From: Candidatus Cloacimonadota bacterium | GTDB taxonomy: Bacteria > Cloacimonadota > Cloacimonadia > Cloacimonadales > WRIO01 | Length of the DNA: 57,776 bases | Reading direction: 5' to 3' | Assembly: GCA_029564175.1 (NCBI GenBank) | Contig: JAKQQL010000149.1 | Location: forward strand, 1-57,776 | Part shown: positions 39,801-50,300 of the stretch, in pieces | Layout: every line of letters begins with the position of its first letter | Numbering within the stretch: position 1 is the stretch's first letter | Position numbers and translations under genes: made by a program | Notes under the pieces: model-generated | Told to the model about the DNA's origin: nothing | Databases searched by the model: none | The model's input: the letters and a program-made list of their open reading frames with translations, nothing else

Positions 39801-40112
39801 CTGTTAACCAATTCTTTAAAGTTTACGGCAACAGATAAAACGCCAGTTATTACAATATCCGCACGAACAGATAAAGCATTTTGTATCTATTCTTTTAAAG
39901 ATAATGGGATTGGTATTGCCAAAGAGCATCAACAAAAAATATTTGAGTTATTCCATCGCTTGAATCCTTTACAATATGAAGGAAATGGAATCGGACTTTG
40001 TATCGTAAAACTCATTGTTAACAGACTAAATGGAACGCTTGAGTTAAAATCAGAGTTAGGGCAAGGCAGTGAATTTGTGATATCATTGCCATGTAAAGAA
40101 AAACATATTTGA
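36867..40112 (+). CDS. Membrane sensor histidine kinase (periplasmic SBP-like, PAS x2, GAF, HisKA, HATPase)
   Basis: ILYVNSYHAGYQWSD periplasmic domain; TM; PAS; GAF (EHTG.PRQW..DE); H-box ASHDLRSPL; NLLTNSLKF; DNGIGI; GIGL. Confidence 0.92.
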   Translation: MKKTSVNHADTMFLTSISKYFKQSVCSMAGLLCRLSVILIMLFITNLLLASEKPVRILYVNSYHAGYQWSDDILKGVSETLKKEYGDNLDLRIEFLDAKNFDTALKADLGTQIFKVWQEKYKGVRFDVILLSDQPAFDFIKKRRSDLFSENLIVFTGVEDFDERDDKLFGLSASTDIKQNIDYIARLLPHTKRIHIITDQTVTGKLNREKAEKVKKLLKEKIEINFLEDGEGINPEELLMKLHSIPKDEPVFFLDYYVDRNGRYLKVSDVLPKITRECKSPVFSHVDLYIGYGVVGGIMNSGFVQGKQISNLAISLLKNKHILKDKIIILEPIPAISYDFYKNYNIKKIRLPENVVFYGERYEKIKSYYKSFLFFAVFALIQTVMIVWLILTFKKLKVSQNRFKKIVENLPLCVGIANLKGEIFYINPAFERVFAYDLSEISSVNDWAFKAYPDEDYRKEMFAVWNNDIEWAVSHPEQLSPVRLNKIISKSGTELIVELSFTVIDENIYTFFNEVTEQKRTEKELRESETLFKTIFNILPYSCVINNLDNTYFMVNKKYCQKIGINEDHIIGKMSKELGVIMDEESDDKIRSQIIRTGSVENSRVKIKYPNNDNYSYALFSSQLIDLKGENRILSASIDISDMVIAQKALAENENRIRKQKEAIVNIILNRDIDPDHIEESFRYITEYLSEAMSVSRVSIWKASENLVDFECIHLFEAKTNQHSQGVYLNPNDLPLYWESILKDNMICVENTQSDHRVEGIYTNYLKPYDISSLLDTGVFIEGKLRGIISFEHTGSPRQWLPDEQSFANTASMLIGLIFITLEKMKSDKLILDKNKEMEQILYVASHDLRSPLVNVDGYGREIEYSIKSLEHLMNEDEVLNTSVNFNKLSYEVNDMKSSVTRIRACAKQMDSLLSGLLKISRTGRVSLNLEMVNMNDLMNKILSLNEFQIKEKKAEIFLEDLPKCYADESQLIQVFSNLLTNSLKFTATDKTPVITISARTDKAFCIYSFKDNGIGIAKEHQQKIFELFHRLNPLQYEGNGIGLCIVKLIVNRLNGTLELKSELGQGSEFVISLPCKEKHI

Positions 40113-40131
40113 TTCTTAGGCACATTTCGAA

Positions 40132-40183
40132 GACAAGCGTCCCGCTTGTAGCCTGTTTCTGCAAGCAAGATGCTCGCAGAACG
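40132..40183. repeat. REP doublet (family 2)
   Basis: ACAAGCG-TCC-CGCTTGT and TTCTGCAAGCAAGATGCTCGCAGAA, between convergent kinase genes. Confidence 0.75.
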
Positions 40184-40448
40184 TTTAAAAACAAGCTATT
40201 ATACTTTGCATTAGGATATCAATGCAAACAAGTATGTGAAGTATGAATTTAAACAAAATTATCTTTGTAGAGCTCTCCCTAAAAACAACTGTCAGCCTTA
40301 TTTGGTTTATTGATATTTATCTATCTGTGTAAAATTCAATGCGCTCTTTGAAGAATTTCTCTTTCGTATTTTTACAGTTATGGGCTCTGTTTTATGTTTG
40401 AAATCTAATCGTGACCTGACAAAAGGGGATGAAAACAACAGTAGTCTT

Positions 40449-43136
40449 TTAATTTTGAGTTAAACGATTGATCATCATGATTAGTTTGTCTGCTTCAACA
40501 GGTTTAGACAAAAATGTGTCCATTCCAGCTTCTGAACATCTTTCCTGATCCTCTTTAAAAGCGCCTGCCGTAAGTGCTATTATGGGTGTATGAGTTTGTT
40601 TTTGAGCTTCAGCCATTCTGATTTCACGTGTAGCCTGGAGTCCGTCCATTAAAGGCATCTGGACATCCATGATAACAATATCGAAGGATTTTTCTTTCAT
40701 ATGATTAACGGCTTCAAGCCCGTTTATCGCTTCTGTTATGACTGCATTTGGCATGGCATTTTTGATAAATGTACAGATAAGTGTCATGCTTAAACGGGTA
40801 TCTTCGGCAACCATAATTTTTAAGAAACGGTTATCGATACCAATTGGTTTTTGAACATTCTGTTTGTCATTAGAAGACTGGAAGTCCATCTTCAGACAAT
40901 CACGGATTTTTATTTGGTGGATCGGTTTTATCAGATTAAATGCGATTTCAGCAATCAGAGGGTTTTCTTTAATTTTAAAAGTGTCGAGAGATCCACTCAT
41001 TAAAATGACCGGCATTTGCGTTGCACTGATTAGAAAATCATTACGAATCATTTTTACTAAATCTAATCCATCAATGTTTGGCATTTGGTAGTCAATTAAT
41101 GCGATGTCAAATGCCTGTTCCTGCATCAGACTGATTGCGGATAATGCATCATTACAAGTGAAAACTTCGGGTATATAGAATTCAAGATATTGCTTGATCA
41201 GATGGAGAGATTTTTGATTATCATCAACCAGTAGTGCTCTTTTGTACTTTATTGCATGAGGCTTTTTGAGATCGCAGGATTTATATTCTGTATCAACAGA
41301 AAATGAGAAAGCGCTTCCCTTTCCTGACTCACTTTCTACTTTTATTTCTGAACCCATATTTTTTGCCAGCAAATTGGATATGACCAGACCAAGCCCTGTA
41401 CCTCCATATCGTCTGCTAGTAGATGTGTCTGCCTGATAAAATGGTGTAAACAGCTGTTCTGTTTGCTCTTTGGTCATACCTATGCCTGGATCTTTAACCG
41501 TAAAATTAAAAACACCTTTTTCTCCCTCAGATGGCGTAAAAGACAGAATCAGCTCTATTTCTCCTGACTGTGTAAACTTAATCGCATTGTTAAGCAAGTT
41601 GACCAAAATTTGCTGTAAACGGGTAGGATCAAGCAATGCATACTGAGGTGTATTAGTCTCAATATTCAAAATCAGTTCTAAGTTTTTCTTTTCAGCCTGG
41701 TACTTTACGATGTTGCAAGTCTTTAATAATAAATCATATATGTCCGTTTCAATCTTTTCTAATTCTAACTTTCCTGCCTCTATTTTTGAAAAGTCAAGAA
41801 TATTGTTGATAATGTTTAATAAAGCTTCACCAGATTGACTGACGTTGTTGGCATACTGTAGTTGAGTCGGATTGAGATTAGACTGGGTTAGTAACTTTGT
41901 GAAGCCGATAATACTGTTCAAGGGAGTTCTGATTTCGTGACTCATATTAGCCAGAAAGAATGACTTCGATGCAGTCGCCATTTCAGCTGTTTCTCTTAGT
42001 TGATTGGCTTTTAAAGTGAGATCTTCAAGATTTTGATTGCTTGAAATTAACGCTTTCATATTGTGTTGAATTTGGTCCAGTAACTGATTAAAGGCATGTC
42101 CCAAAATGCCTGTTTCATCGTATCTGTTAAATTTTATACTATATTTTTTAGTATGATTGTTTAAATCAATATTTTTAATCTGATTCGTAAAGTCCGTTAA
42201 AGGCTTACTTAACTGGATGCTCAATACCCATGCAATGATAACTGCAGCGAGTAAAAGCAGGCACATTAATAGAAAATAAACATTTCTGAAGAGGATGATA
42301 GGCTCAAAAGCTTCCTCTAAAGGATAGTTTGCTGCTAAAATCCAGTTAGTTGATTCCAGCTTTTTATAAGTTGTGATAAATCGTTTTCCTGCTGAATTTT
42401 GAGTTTCAACTGACCCTTCAAAATCTGATAATGCCCCTTTATAAATTGATAATTGGCCCATATTCTCTGGTTTTTTTAAGATAAGGGTAGAATCCGGATG
42501 CATAATGATTGTACCCTCAGTATTAAAGAGATAAAGATATCCGCCTTTACCGATTTTGGTATTGCTTAATGCATAAAAAAATCCCTCTTTTAGGTTTAAA
42601 TTGATAGTGCCAGTCATATAACCGGTAATCTCTCCAGTTTTAGTATATAAAGGAGATGTAACAGCGATTAGCGGATTATTGCCAATGGATAAAAATGGCT
42701 CTGAAACACAAGGTTTTTGAAGTTTAAGTGCTTGTTGAAAATAGGCTCTGTGAGCAAATGATTTGCCATACATCGAATCATTTATTGGAACTGAAGCGAT
42801 TAAAATTCCCTTATCATCAAAAATGAGCAGATTCTGATTAAATATATTCTTGATGCCAGTTCGGTCTAACAGCCATTTTTGAGCCAACTGTTGATTATAA
42901 ACTGCCTCTTTGGGGGCTACATTCGCTACAGAAGTGAGTGCTCTTTGTGATAAATTTATGTTGTTATCTAATCCTTCAGCAAGCGTAGTGAGCATACTAA
43001 ACTGCTGATTTTCAATTTGGTTTTTGATTGATTCTCTAAAAAAAAGATATGAACCACTTGCTATCAAAATCAATAAAATGATGACAAAAATACTGAAGGT
43101 CAGGATGACTTTCTTTCTAATACTGTTTTTTTTCAT
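40449..43136 (-). CDS. Hybrid sensor kinase (dCache-HAMP-HisKA-HATPase-REC-REC)
   Basis: Two TMs flanking a Cache domain; [30 protein letters not shown]; two REC domains (DYQMP, DVQMP). Confidence 0.93.
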   Translation of the reverse strand: MKKNSIRKKVILTFSIFVIILLILIASGSYLFFRESIKNQIENQQFSMLTTLAEGLDNNINLSQRALTSVANVAPKEAVYNQQLAQKWLLDRTGIKNIFNQNLLIFDDKGILIASVPINDSMYGKSFAHRAYFQQALKLQKPCVSEPFLSIGNNPLIAVTSPLYTKTGEITGYMTGTINLNLKEGFFYALSNTKIGKGGYLYLFNTEGTIIMHPDSTLILKKPENMGQLSIYKGALSDFEGSVETQNSAGKRFITTYKKLESTNWILAANYPLEEAFEPIILFRNVYFLLMCLLLLAAVIIAWVLSIQLSKPLTDFTNQIKNIDLNNHTKKYSIKFNRYDETGILGHAFNQLLDQIQHNMKALISSNQNLEDLTLKANQLRETAEMATASKSFFLANMSHEIRTPLNSIIGFTKLLTQSNLNPTQLQYANNVSQSGEALLNIINNILDFSKIEAGKLELEKIETDIYDLLLKTCNIVKYQAEKKNLELILNIETNTPQYALLDPTRLQQILVNLLNNAIKFTQSGEIELILSFTPSEGEKGVFNFTVKDPGIGMTKEQTEQLFTPFYQADTSTSRRYGGTGLGLVISNLLAKNMGSEIKVESESGKGSAFSFSVDTEYKSCDLKKPHAIKYKRALLVDDNQKSLHLIKQYLEFYIPEVFTCNDALSAISLMQEQAFDIALIDYQMPNIDGLDLVKMIRNDFLISATQMPVILMSGSLDTFKIKENPLIAEIAFNLIKPIHQIKIRDCLKMDFQSSNDKQNVQKPIGIDNRFLKIMVAEDTRLSMTLICTFIKNAMPNAVITEAINGLEAVNHMKEKSFDIVIMDVQMPLMDGLQATREIRMAEAQKQTHTPIIALTAGAFKEDQERCSEAGMDTFLSKPVEADKLIMMINRLTQN

Positions 43137-43296
43137 TTGAATCCCTTCTATTATTTTAGTTAACTTTAAGCTATTTATTACAAGTCGTCAAGGTTTAATT
43201 GCTATTTTTAAAAAAAAGAAATTGATACAATGAACTTGACTAATTTTGATAGAGCAGAATAATGCAATATGATCCTGTGAATAAGGAGAATGAGAA

Positions 43297-44046
43297 ATGA
43301 ATTCAGCATTTATACTGGAGATTTGTGCAGATTCTGTTGAGTCAGCAATCAATGCTCAAAAGGGTGGCGCTGACAGAGTTGAGTTATGTGCCAATATGTT
43401 TGAAGGTGGTATCACACCTTCGTATGGAACAGTTGTCTTAGCCAGAAAATATCTTGATATTGAACTTTATGTGATGATTAGACCACGTGGGGGAGACTTT
43501 TGTTATTCTGATTTAGAATTTGAGCAGATGAAGCTGGATATTGAATTATTGAAAGAGACTGGGATAGATGGACTTGTTTTTGGCATATTAAATCCTGACG
43601 GCAGTATTGATACAAAAAGAACAAAAATACTTACTGATTTGTCAAGGCCACTGAAAGTTACTTTTCATAGGGCTTTTGATATGTGTTTTAACCCATTTCA
43701 GTCTTTAGAAGATATTATTGCCTCTGGTGCAGACCGTTTGTTAAGTTCAGGTTTAAAACAGACTGCCTTAGAAGGGGCGGAACTTTTAAATCTTTTGAAT
43801 TTACAGGCAAATGGAAGAATACTTATTATGCCTGGTGCTGGAATCAATTCAGAGAACATATTAGTAATACAGGAAAGAACAGGCACCTCCGAATTTCACA
43901 TGACTGCAAATAGTCAATATGAAGGAAAAATGACCTACAGAAAAGAGAATATTGCAATGGGTGGTAAACTTCAGTTAAGTGAGTTTTCTGTGAATCGAAC
44001 CGATATTGAAAAAGTGAAAGCAATTTGCGAAAGGAAAAAACGATGA
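43297..44046 (+). CDS. cutC: Copper homeostasis protein CutC
   Basis: LEICADS; GADRVELC..GGITPS; MIRPRGGDFCY; TFHRAFD; IMPGAGI. Confidence 0.95.
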   Translation: MNSAFILEICADSVESAINAQKGGADRVELCANMFEGGITPSYGTVVLARKYLDIELYVMIRPRGGDFCYSDLEFEQMKLDIELLKETGIDGLVFGILNPDGSIDTKRTKILTDLSRPLKVTFHRAFDMCFNPFQSLEDIIASGADRLLSSGLKQTALEGAELLNLLNLQANGRILIMPGAGINSENILVIQERTGTSEFHMTANSQYEGKMTYRKENIAMGGKLQLSEFSVNRTDIEKVKAICERKKR

Positions 44047-45461
44047 AAATAGCAATCGGTGGGTTCTTTCACGAATCCAATACCTTTAATCCGATTATTA
44101 CCGGGCCAGAAGACTTTATTGTATTTGAAAAAGAGGATATCTATGCTAATAAAAATGCATATTTGATTGCTAAAGGGATTATTGACTATTTTGAAGATAA
44201 AGAAGCATATCAGCTCATTCCGCTCATTTTTGCCAAGGCTGTTCCGAATGGAGAGATTGATAAAGATTTCTATATGAAACTAAAGAAATGTTTTTTTGAT
44301 TATCTGGCTGAGAATCCAGTTGTTGACGCTTTTGTACTGGCATTGCATGGGTCGATGAGAGTTAAAGATATTGGTTCTGCTGAAACTGATTTATTGCTTG
44401 AGATCAAAAAGCGTTATCCGCATATACCTGTATTTTGTGCCCTTGATATGCATGCCACTATTACTCAGGCAATGATGACTCATGCTGATGCGTATGTCGC
44501 ATTTAAAACGGCACCCCATATTGATGCGTGGGAAACTGGTTTTAAGGCTGCCGAAATGGCAGATTATTCACTGTCTAATCAGGTAAAACTAAGTACGGCT
44601 TATGCGAAAGTGAAATGCCTTATTGCCGGTGAAAAATCAGAAACGGATTGCGAGCCGATGAAATCACTGATAAACGAACTAAAAAGACTTGAAAAAGAAC
44701 CGGAAGTCATCTCTGCTTCCTATTGTCTTGGATTCCCATGGGCTGATACAGAAGAGAATGGAGTTACTGCTGTGGTCGTAACGAAAGATAATTATTCAAA
44801 AGCAAACACACTGGCTATGGCTTTAGCTGATCAGTTTAAACAATCTCAATCCATGTTTTCATTTTCTATGCCATCATTATCACCTGCAGAAGCCTTGACA
44901 GTTGCTCTAAATGATATTGTCAGACCTGTGTTTATATCAGATTCCGGTGATAATCCAACTGCTGGCTCAACGGGGGATAATACTGAATTCTTACGGCTTT
45001 TGAGTTGCGATCTGAAAGATAAAACAAATGGGAAAAAGATATTGGTAGCTGGAATATTTGATCCTGTTGCAGTAAGCACTTGTGAAAACAAAATGAATCA
45101 GGAAATAACACTTAAAATAGGTGGTGTTTATGATCAGATGTATTGCCAGCCTGTAGAATTGACAGGTAGTGCTATTGGTATTGTGAAAGATTTTGGGTTG
45201 TTTCGTGCAACTTTGATCCTGTTTAAAACAAATGAGTTCGACTTAATTATTACATCAAAACATATTGGATTTACAAATGCAGAAATGTTTAAAGCACTTT
45301 GTATTGATTATTTGAATAAAGATTTGATTATTGTGAAATTAGGCTATTTGACAGAAGATTTCAGAGAAATTGCTCAAAAATCCTATATGGCATTGAGTCG
45401 AGGTTGTACTGACGAGGTTTTAAGTCGTTTAAGCTATTCTGAAATATATGATTTTGTATAG
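44043..45461 (+). CDS. M81 family metallopeptidase (MlrC-like)
   Basis: GGFFHESNTF; LALHGSM; LDMHA; PHID; DSGDNPTAG; overlaps the cutC stop (ATGA). Confidence 0.9.
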   Translation: MKIAIGGFFHESNTFNPIITGPEDFIVFEKEDIYANKNAYLIAKGIIDYFEDKEAYQLIPLIFAKAVPNGEIDKDFYMKLKKCFFDYLAENPVVDAFVLALHGSMRVKDIGSAETDLLLEIKKRYPHIPVFCALDMHATITQAMMTHADAYVAFKTAPHIDAWETGFKAAEMADYSLSNQVKLSTAYAKVKCLIAGEKSETDCEPMKSLINELKRLEKEPEVISASYCLGFPWADTEENGVTAVVVTKDNYSKANTLAMALADQFKQSQSMFSFSMPSLSPAEALTVALNDIVRPVFISDSGDNPTAGSTGDNTEFLRLLSCDLKDKTNGKKILVAGIFDPVAVSTCENKMNQEITLKIGGVYDQMYCQPVELTGSAIGIVKDFGLFRATLILFKTNEFDLIITSKHIGFTNAEMFKALCIDYLNKDLIIVKLGYLTEDFREIAQKSYMALSRGCTDEVLSRLSYSEIYDFV

Positions 45462-45592
45462 TCTAATGTATTGCATTTCAGCTGATTTCTTGTATGACAA
45501 AAAAATAAATTGCAGAATTGCAAAAAAAGTCTTGACGTTTTTTTAGTCCCATGTTATAGCAAGAAAAGTCAATGAAGATTAAGGGGTTGGAT

Positions 45593-46474
45593 ATGGATTA
45601 TACAAGATTGATAGACAAAGTGCTAGTTTACATAGAAGCAAATTTATGTAATCGCATTTCTCTGGAAGATGTGGCAGATGAAGTTAATCTATCTTGTTTT
45701 CATTTCCATCGGATATTTTCTTCATTTACCGGTTATACCCTTAAGGAGTACATCAGGCGTAGAAGACTATCCAATGCCGGCAAAGAGATAATTTTTACCC
45801 AGACGCCGTTAAGGGAGATTGCAGGGCGATATCAGTTTGAATCTTTTGAAGCGTTTATCAGAGCATTCAGAAAGGAGTATCAGATTACTCCAGGATCATT
45901 GAGAAAAAGTAAAGAGGGAATATCTTTATTCAAAGCGCTAAAGCAGGCTGATATTCAGGTTTTTTTAAAACAAATTAAAGAAGACAAGGGAAAGGAAACG
46001 TGCAAAATGGAATGCAAGATTATTGAAATGAAAGAAATGAAAGTAGCTGGTTTAAAATGTACCTCTACGATGAAAGAAAACACAATCCCTGCATTATGGG
46101 GTGAGTACAACAAAATTTATGACGCTATCCCTGATAAAGTGGAGGGACCTTGTATGGGAATCTGCGTTTATACTGATATGGATGTATGTACTGAAGACAC
46201 ACCATTTGAGTATATCGCTTGCCATGAAGTAACGACATTTGATCATATTCCTGATTCAATGCAGACTTACAATGTGCCAAAAGGAAGATATGCTTGTTTT
46301 ACTCACAAGGGATCACTCGATACACTTGATAAGACTTATGGCTATATCTTTGGTGTATGGGCAAAAGAAACAACGTATGAAATGGATAAAAGAGATCAGA
46401 TTGAAATCTATGATGAACGTTTTAAATATGGTCAGGATGATTCAGAAATGGATATTTTAGTACCAATTAAGTGA
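45593..46474 (+). CDS. AraC family regulator with C-terminal GyrI-like effector domain
   Basis: HFHRIF..YIRRRRL..F.RAF..PG; C-terminal YACFTHKG..Y.YIF..W..EIYDERF; TTGACG-17-TATAGC promoter at 45532-45560 (ORF track opens at 45572). Confidence 0.92.
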   Translation: MDYTRLIDKVLVYIEANLCNRISLEDVADEVNLSCFHFHRIFSSFTGYTLKEYIRRRRLSNAGKEIIFTQTPLREIAGRYQFESFEAFIRAFRKEYQITPGSLRKSKEGISLFKALKQADIQVFLKQIKEDKGKETCKMECKIIEMKEMKVAGLKCTSTMKENTIPALWGEYNKIYDAIPDKVEGPCMGICVYTDMDVCTEDTPFEYIACHEVTTFDHIPDSMQTYNVPKGRYACFTHKGSLDTLDKTYGYIFGVWAKETTYEMDKRDQIEIYDERFKYGQDDSEMDILVPIK

Positions 46475-46548
46475 TATGGCTTATATTCGCATTGTTTAAT
46501 CAGTTTTGCTGATCACTTGTTTTTGTCGCTTGATTAACAATATATGAA

Positions 46549-46575
46549 AATAGCGGAGGTAAAATCTCCGCTATT
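46549..46575. terminator. Bidirectional terminator-like hairpin
   Basis: AATAGCGGAG-N7-CTCCGCTATT between convergent genes. Confidence 0.7.
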
Positions 46576-47308
46576 ATTCAATATTTTTTTTACTGATATC
46601 AAGCATGCTGACATCATCCAGATATGTTTTAAACTGAACCTGGTCAATATGACTGAATTTTGAAAGAATCGATTCAATCTTCTGTATAGCTATATCCGCT
46701 TTTTCAAAATATTTATCTAGTTCTGAATTATCTATTTTTATCTTTAATACATCCAGAGTGCCGGAAAGAACCATTAGTGGCTGATTAATTTCGTGATTTG
46801 CAGTAACAGCCATTGCCAGAACAGCATTTTTTTGTTCGAGCTGGATGAGTTTGTTCTGAGCCGTTTTCAATAGTTCGTATGCTTTTTGGGTTTCATTGAG
46901 TGAATGCGCCAGTTTTTCGTATGCTATTTTTCTTTCCAGTTGTTGTTTTACTCTAATTTTTACCAGACCGGGTACAAATGGTTTGGTAATGTAATCTACT
47001 GCACCCAGTTCAAGCCCAAGTTCTTCATTTTTCTCATCGTTCATCGCAGTAATAAAGATGACAGGAATATCCATTGTTTCTTTATCATTTTTAAGAATTC
47101 TGCATACTTCATAACCATCCATTTCTGGCATCATTATATCTAAAACAATCAGGTCAGGTTTTGGCTCTTCATGAGCGATTCTAAGAGCAGATTTTCCATT
47201 ATTTGCCACTTTTATCTGATAATCATTTTTTAGCAATTCAGCCAGAAGTACGATATTGGTTCTGATATCATCTACAATCAGAATTGTAAATTGGTTTTCT
47301 TTGTTCAT
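46574..47308 (-). CDS. Response regulator (REC) with HisKA-like tail
   Basis: ILIVDD; LDIMMPEMDGYEVC; DYITKPF; C-terminal ANHEINQPL with no HATPase domain. Confidence 0.88.
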   Translation of the reverse strand: MNKENQFTILIVDDIRTNIVLLAELLKNDYQIKVANNGKSALRIAHEEPKPDLIVLDIMMPEMDGYEVCRILKNDKETMDIPVIFITAMNDEKNEELGLELGAVDYITKPFVPGLVKIRVKQQLERKIAYEKLAHSLNETQKAYELLKTAQNKLIQLEQKNAVLAMAVTANHEINQPLMVLSGTLDVLKIKIDNSELDKYFEKADIAIQKIESILSKFSHIDQVQFKTYLDDVSMLDISKKNIE

Positions 47309-50300
47309 TCTTTCTCCTTGATTAGGTCAAAGATTTGATTGACAAGACTATTCGCAGTCTGATAATCGAATTGGTTTACTTTGTCATTTAATGTTTTGAT
47401 AATCTCAGAAATATCAGGCTTATCACTCCCTATTTTCGATATATTTTGAAGCAAACTATCATCCACAAAACTGTCATTATCAATTAATGTTTTTAGCTCT
47501 ACGAGTAGAAATTTCAACTCTAAAAAATCTTGAGATTCTTCAGTTATGATTGCTTTATTGTCTGATATATCTGTCGGAACAGAGTCTTTTGATACTTGGA
47601 AATCATCTGGTTCTTTTTTCGGAAGAGATAAAAGGGAATTGATATTTTGTTTTAACCTGCTATAACTGTCTTTAAATCTTAAATATAGAATGCTGTCTTC
47701 TTCTCCTGAACGTATTGCATTTTCCCAAGACTGACAGACTGATGCTAAATTAGATGCTCCGATATTGGCACATGAACCTTTTAGGGCATGAAGATGGAAT
47801 TTTTTGTTTTCACTGTCAGGAATTTCTTTTTTTTCAAGAATGATTTCTGCGGATTCATCAGCCTGTTCTAAGAAGGATTTTAAGATAGACAGATAAAGAG
47901 GAATATTTAAGTTTACTCTATTTAAAGCTGATTTTATATCTATCTCAGGCATTGAATCAGGGAAATTCTCTGTTTGATTGACTGATTTATCCTTATTGTC
48001 AGTCTGAAAAGATGAGAGCGAAAGATTTTTTATCACTTTTTCATAAAAATCGTTTAGATCAAATGGTTTGCAAATAATATCAATCATACCTGAATCGTAA
48101 CATTTTTTTTTGATATCCTGAAGGACATGGGCTGTCATGGCAATGATGGGTACCTGTTTGTGTCTTTCTTGATTTTTGAGATATTCAGATAAACTAAATC
48201 CATCTGCATCAGGTAACTCAAGATCCATTAAAACTAGATCAAAACGATGTCTTTTGGCTAAATCTTTCATTTCTTTGCCGGTTTTTGCACAGTAAATCTT
48301 GAAATTATATTTTTTTAGTAATTCTATTGCTATCTCCTGGTTGACCAGATTGTCTTCTACCAGTAAAATACTTTTGTTTGTGAGCGAATCATCAATTTGA
48401 GGTTTAACGAAAGTCGTTTCTCTCTTAAAAAGTGGTTGATCGATACTTTTTAACAATAAATCAAACAAATCTTTTTCTTGTAGAGGTGACTCCAACATGA
48501 GTATTCTCTCTTCATAAATATAAGTTTTTAAAAGATTTAATTCTTTATTGGCTGAGTCCAGTACTTTTATAAAAGGCATTTTGATATTGTTGTAGTGGAA
48601 GAGACCATTTTCTTTGTCAATATAAGGAATCATTAAGTTACTTAGGAGAACAGAATAATCATTAACGATGTTTTGATTTAAATCAGCATATTGCAGGAAA
48701 TCTTGAAAATCAGTGAATTGATGGATGTGAATATGGCTCATTGTGGTTTCATTTTGTGTATAATTAAAAGATAAATTGATATGCCCAACAAGATAAATCG
48801 CTAAAGATTGTTTGCCAAGCAGGGTATTAAGTGAGATAAAATCTTTTTTTGTTTTAAATTCAATAGAAAATGAAAAAACAGATCCTTGATCTGGTTTACT
48901 ATTGACTTCAAGCTTTCCTTTCATCAACTCAACCAGTCTTTTACTGATTGACAGTCCCAGACCTGTCCCTCCATATTTTCTTGTGGTTGATATATCTCCT
49001 TGTATAAAAGGCATAAATAACTGATCTAATTTTTGTTTTGATATTCCGATACCTGTATCTGCTACAGAAAAAAGGATTTTAACCGTATCAGATGAAACAC
49101 AATTTTCAGTGACTGAGAGAGTTACCAATCCGTTTTCTGTAAACTTGACAGCGTTACTCAGCAAGTTTATTAAAATCTGACTGATTCGGAGAGAATCTCC
49201 ACTTATAAATACGGGCAGCGTGTCTGATAGCTGCATTTTGAGGCCGATACCCTTTTTTTGTGCTAAAACAATAAACATGTCATACACCTGATTCAACATG
49301 GGTTTTAGATAAAAGGCCTTATCTTCAATATCCAGTTTACCTGATTCTATTTTTGAAAAATCAAGAATATCTGTGATGATGCTAAGCAGATTTTGTGAGG
49401 CATCCTGTATTTTCATGATATAATTTTTTACCTTTTCGTTTTCTGCATAGTCCATAGCCAGATGTGACATGCCAATGATAGCATTCATTGGGGTGCGGAT
49501 TTCATGGCTCATGTTAGCCAGAAACTGACTTTTAACTGAATTGGCGAATTCTGCTTCAGCAGCCAGATTGTTTGCACGCATGGTTGCTTCTTCCAGCTGT
49601 TTATTCATTTCTTTTAGTTGAATTTCTTCTTCTTTTCTGGCGGTAATGTCTTCAAAAACGGTTGCAAACTGATAAAGTTTTGGGCTGACAACAGAAATCA
49701 TAAAATACTTTTGAAGTGGCTCAAACCACGCTTCAAAATGGTAAGGCTCACCCGTAACGGCTACTCGTGAAAATTCTTCCAGATAAGGGGCTTTCTTTGT
49801 TTTATAGACATCGGTAGATTTTTTGCCAATAACGGCATCTCTGTTTATTGATACATGTCTTTCATATCCATGATTTACGTTGATAATCCGATAATCAATG
49901 ATTTCTCTCTTATCATTAAAAATCAGCTCATGAAGCGCTACTCCTTCTGTAATACTCTCAAACAGAGTTCGAAATCTTTCTTCACTTTCTTTGAGAAGTA
50001 AGTCTTTTGCCACTCTATCTGAAATATCTGAATGAGTACCAATGACCCTCAGTGGTCGGTTGTTAGCATCTCTGCTGATGACTTTGCCTCTGTCTAAAAT
50101 CCATTTATAACTTCCATCTTTACACAAAAGCCTGTGCTCGTTAATATAAATATCTGTCTTGCCATCAAAATGCAAAAACAGATCCTGATACAATTTTTCT
50201 TTATCATCCGGATGAACCAGTCTATCCCAGTCTTCAAGACTTTGCCATGTATTGTCTTGACTATAACCTAGCATATTGAGCCATTGTTTGGAAAAGAATA

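Noticed and set aside
41479..41496. DPGIG instead of DTGIG in the kinase G1 box
   Set aside because: A single substitution at a variable position; no functional claim is supportable.
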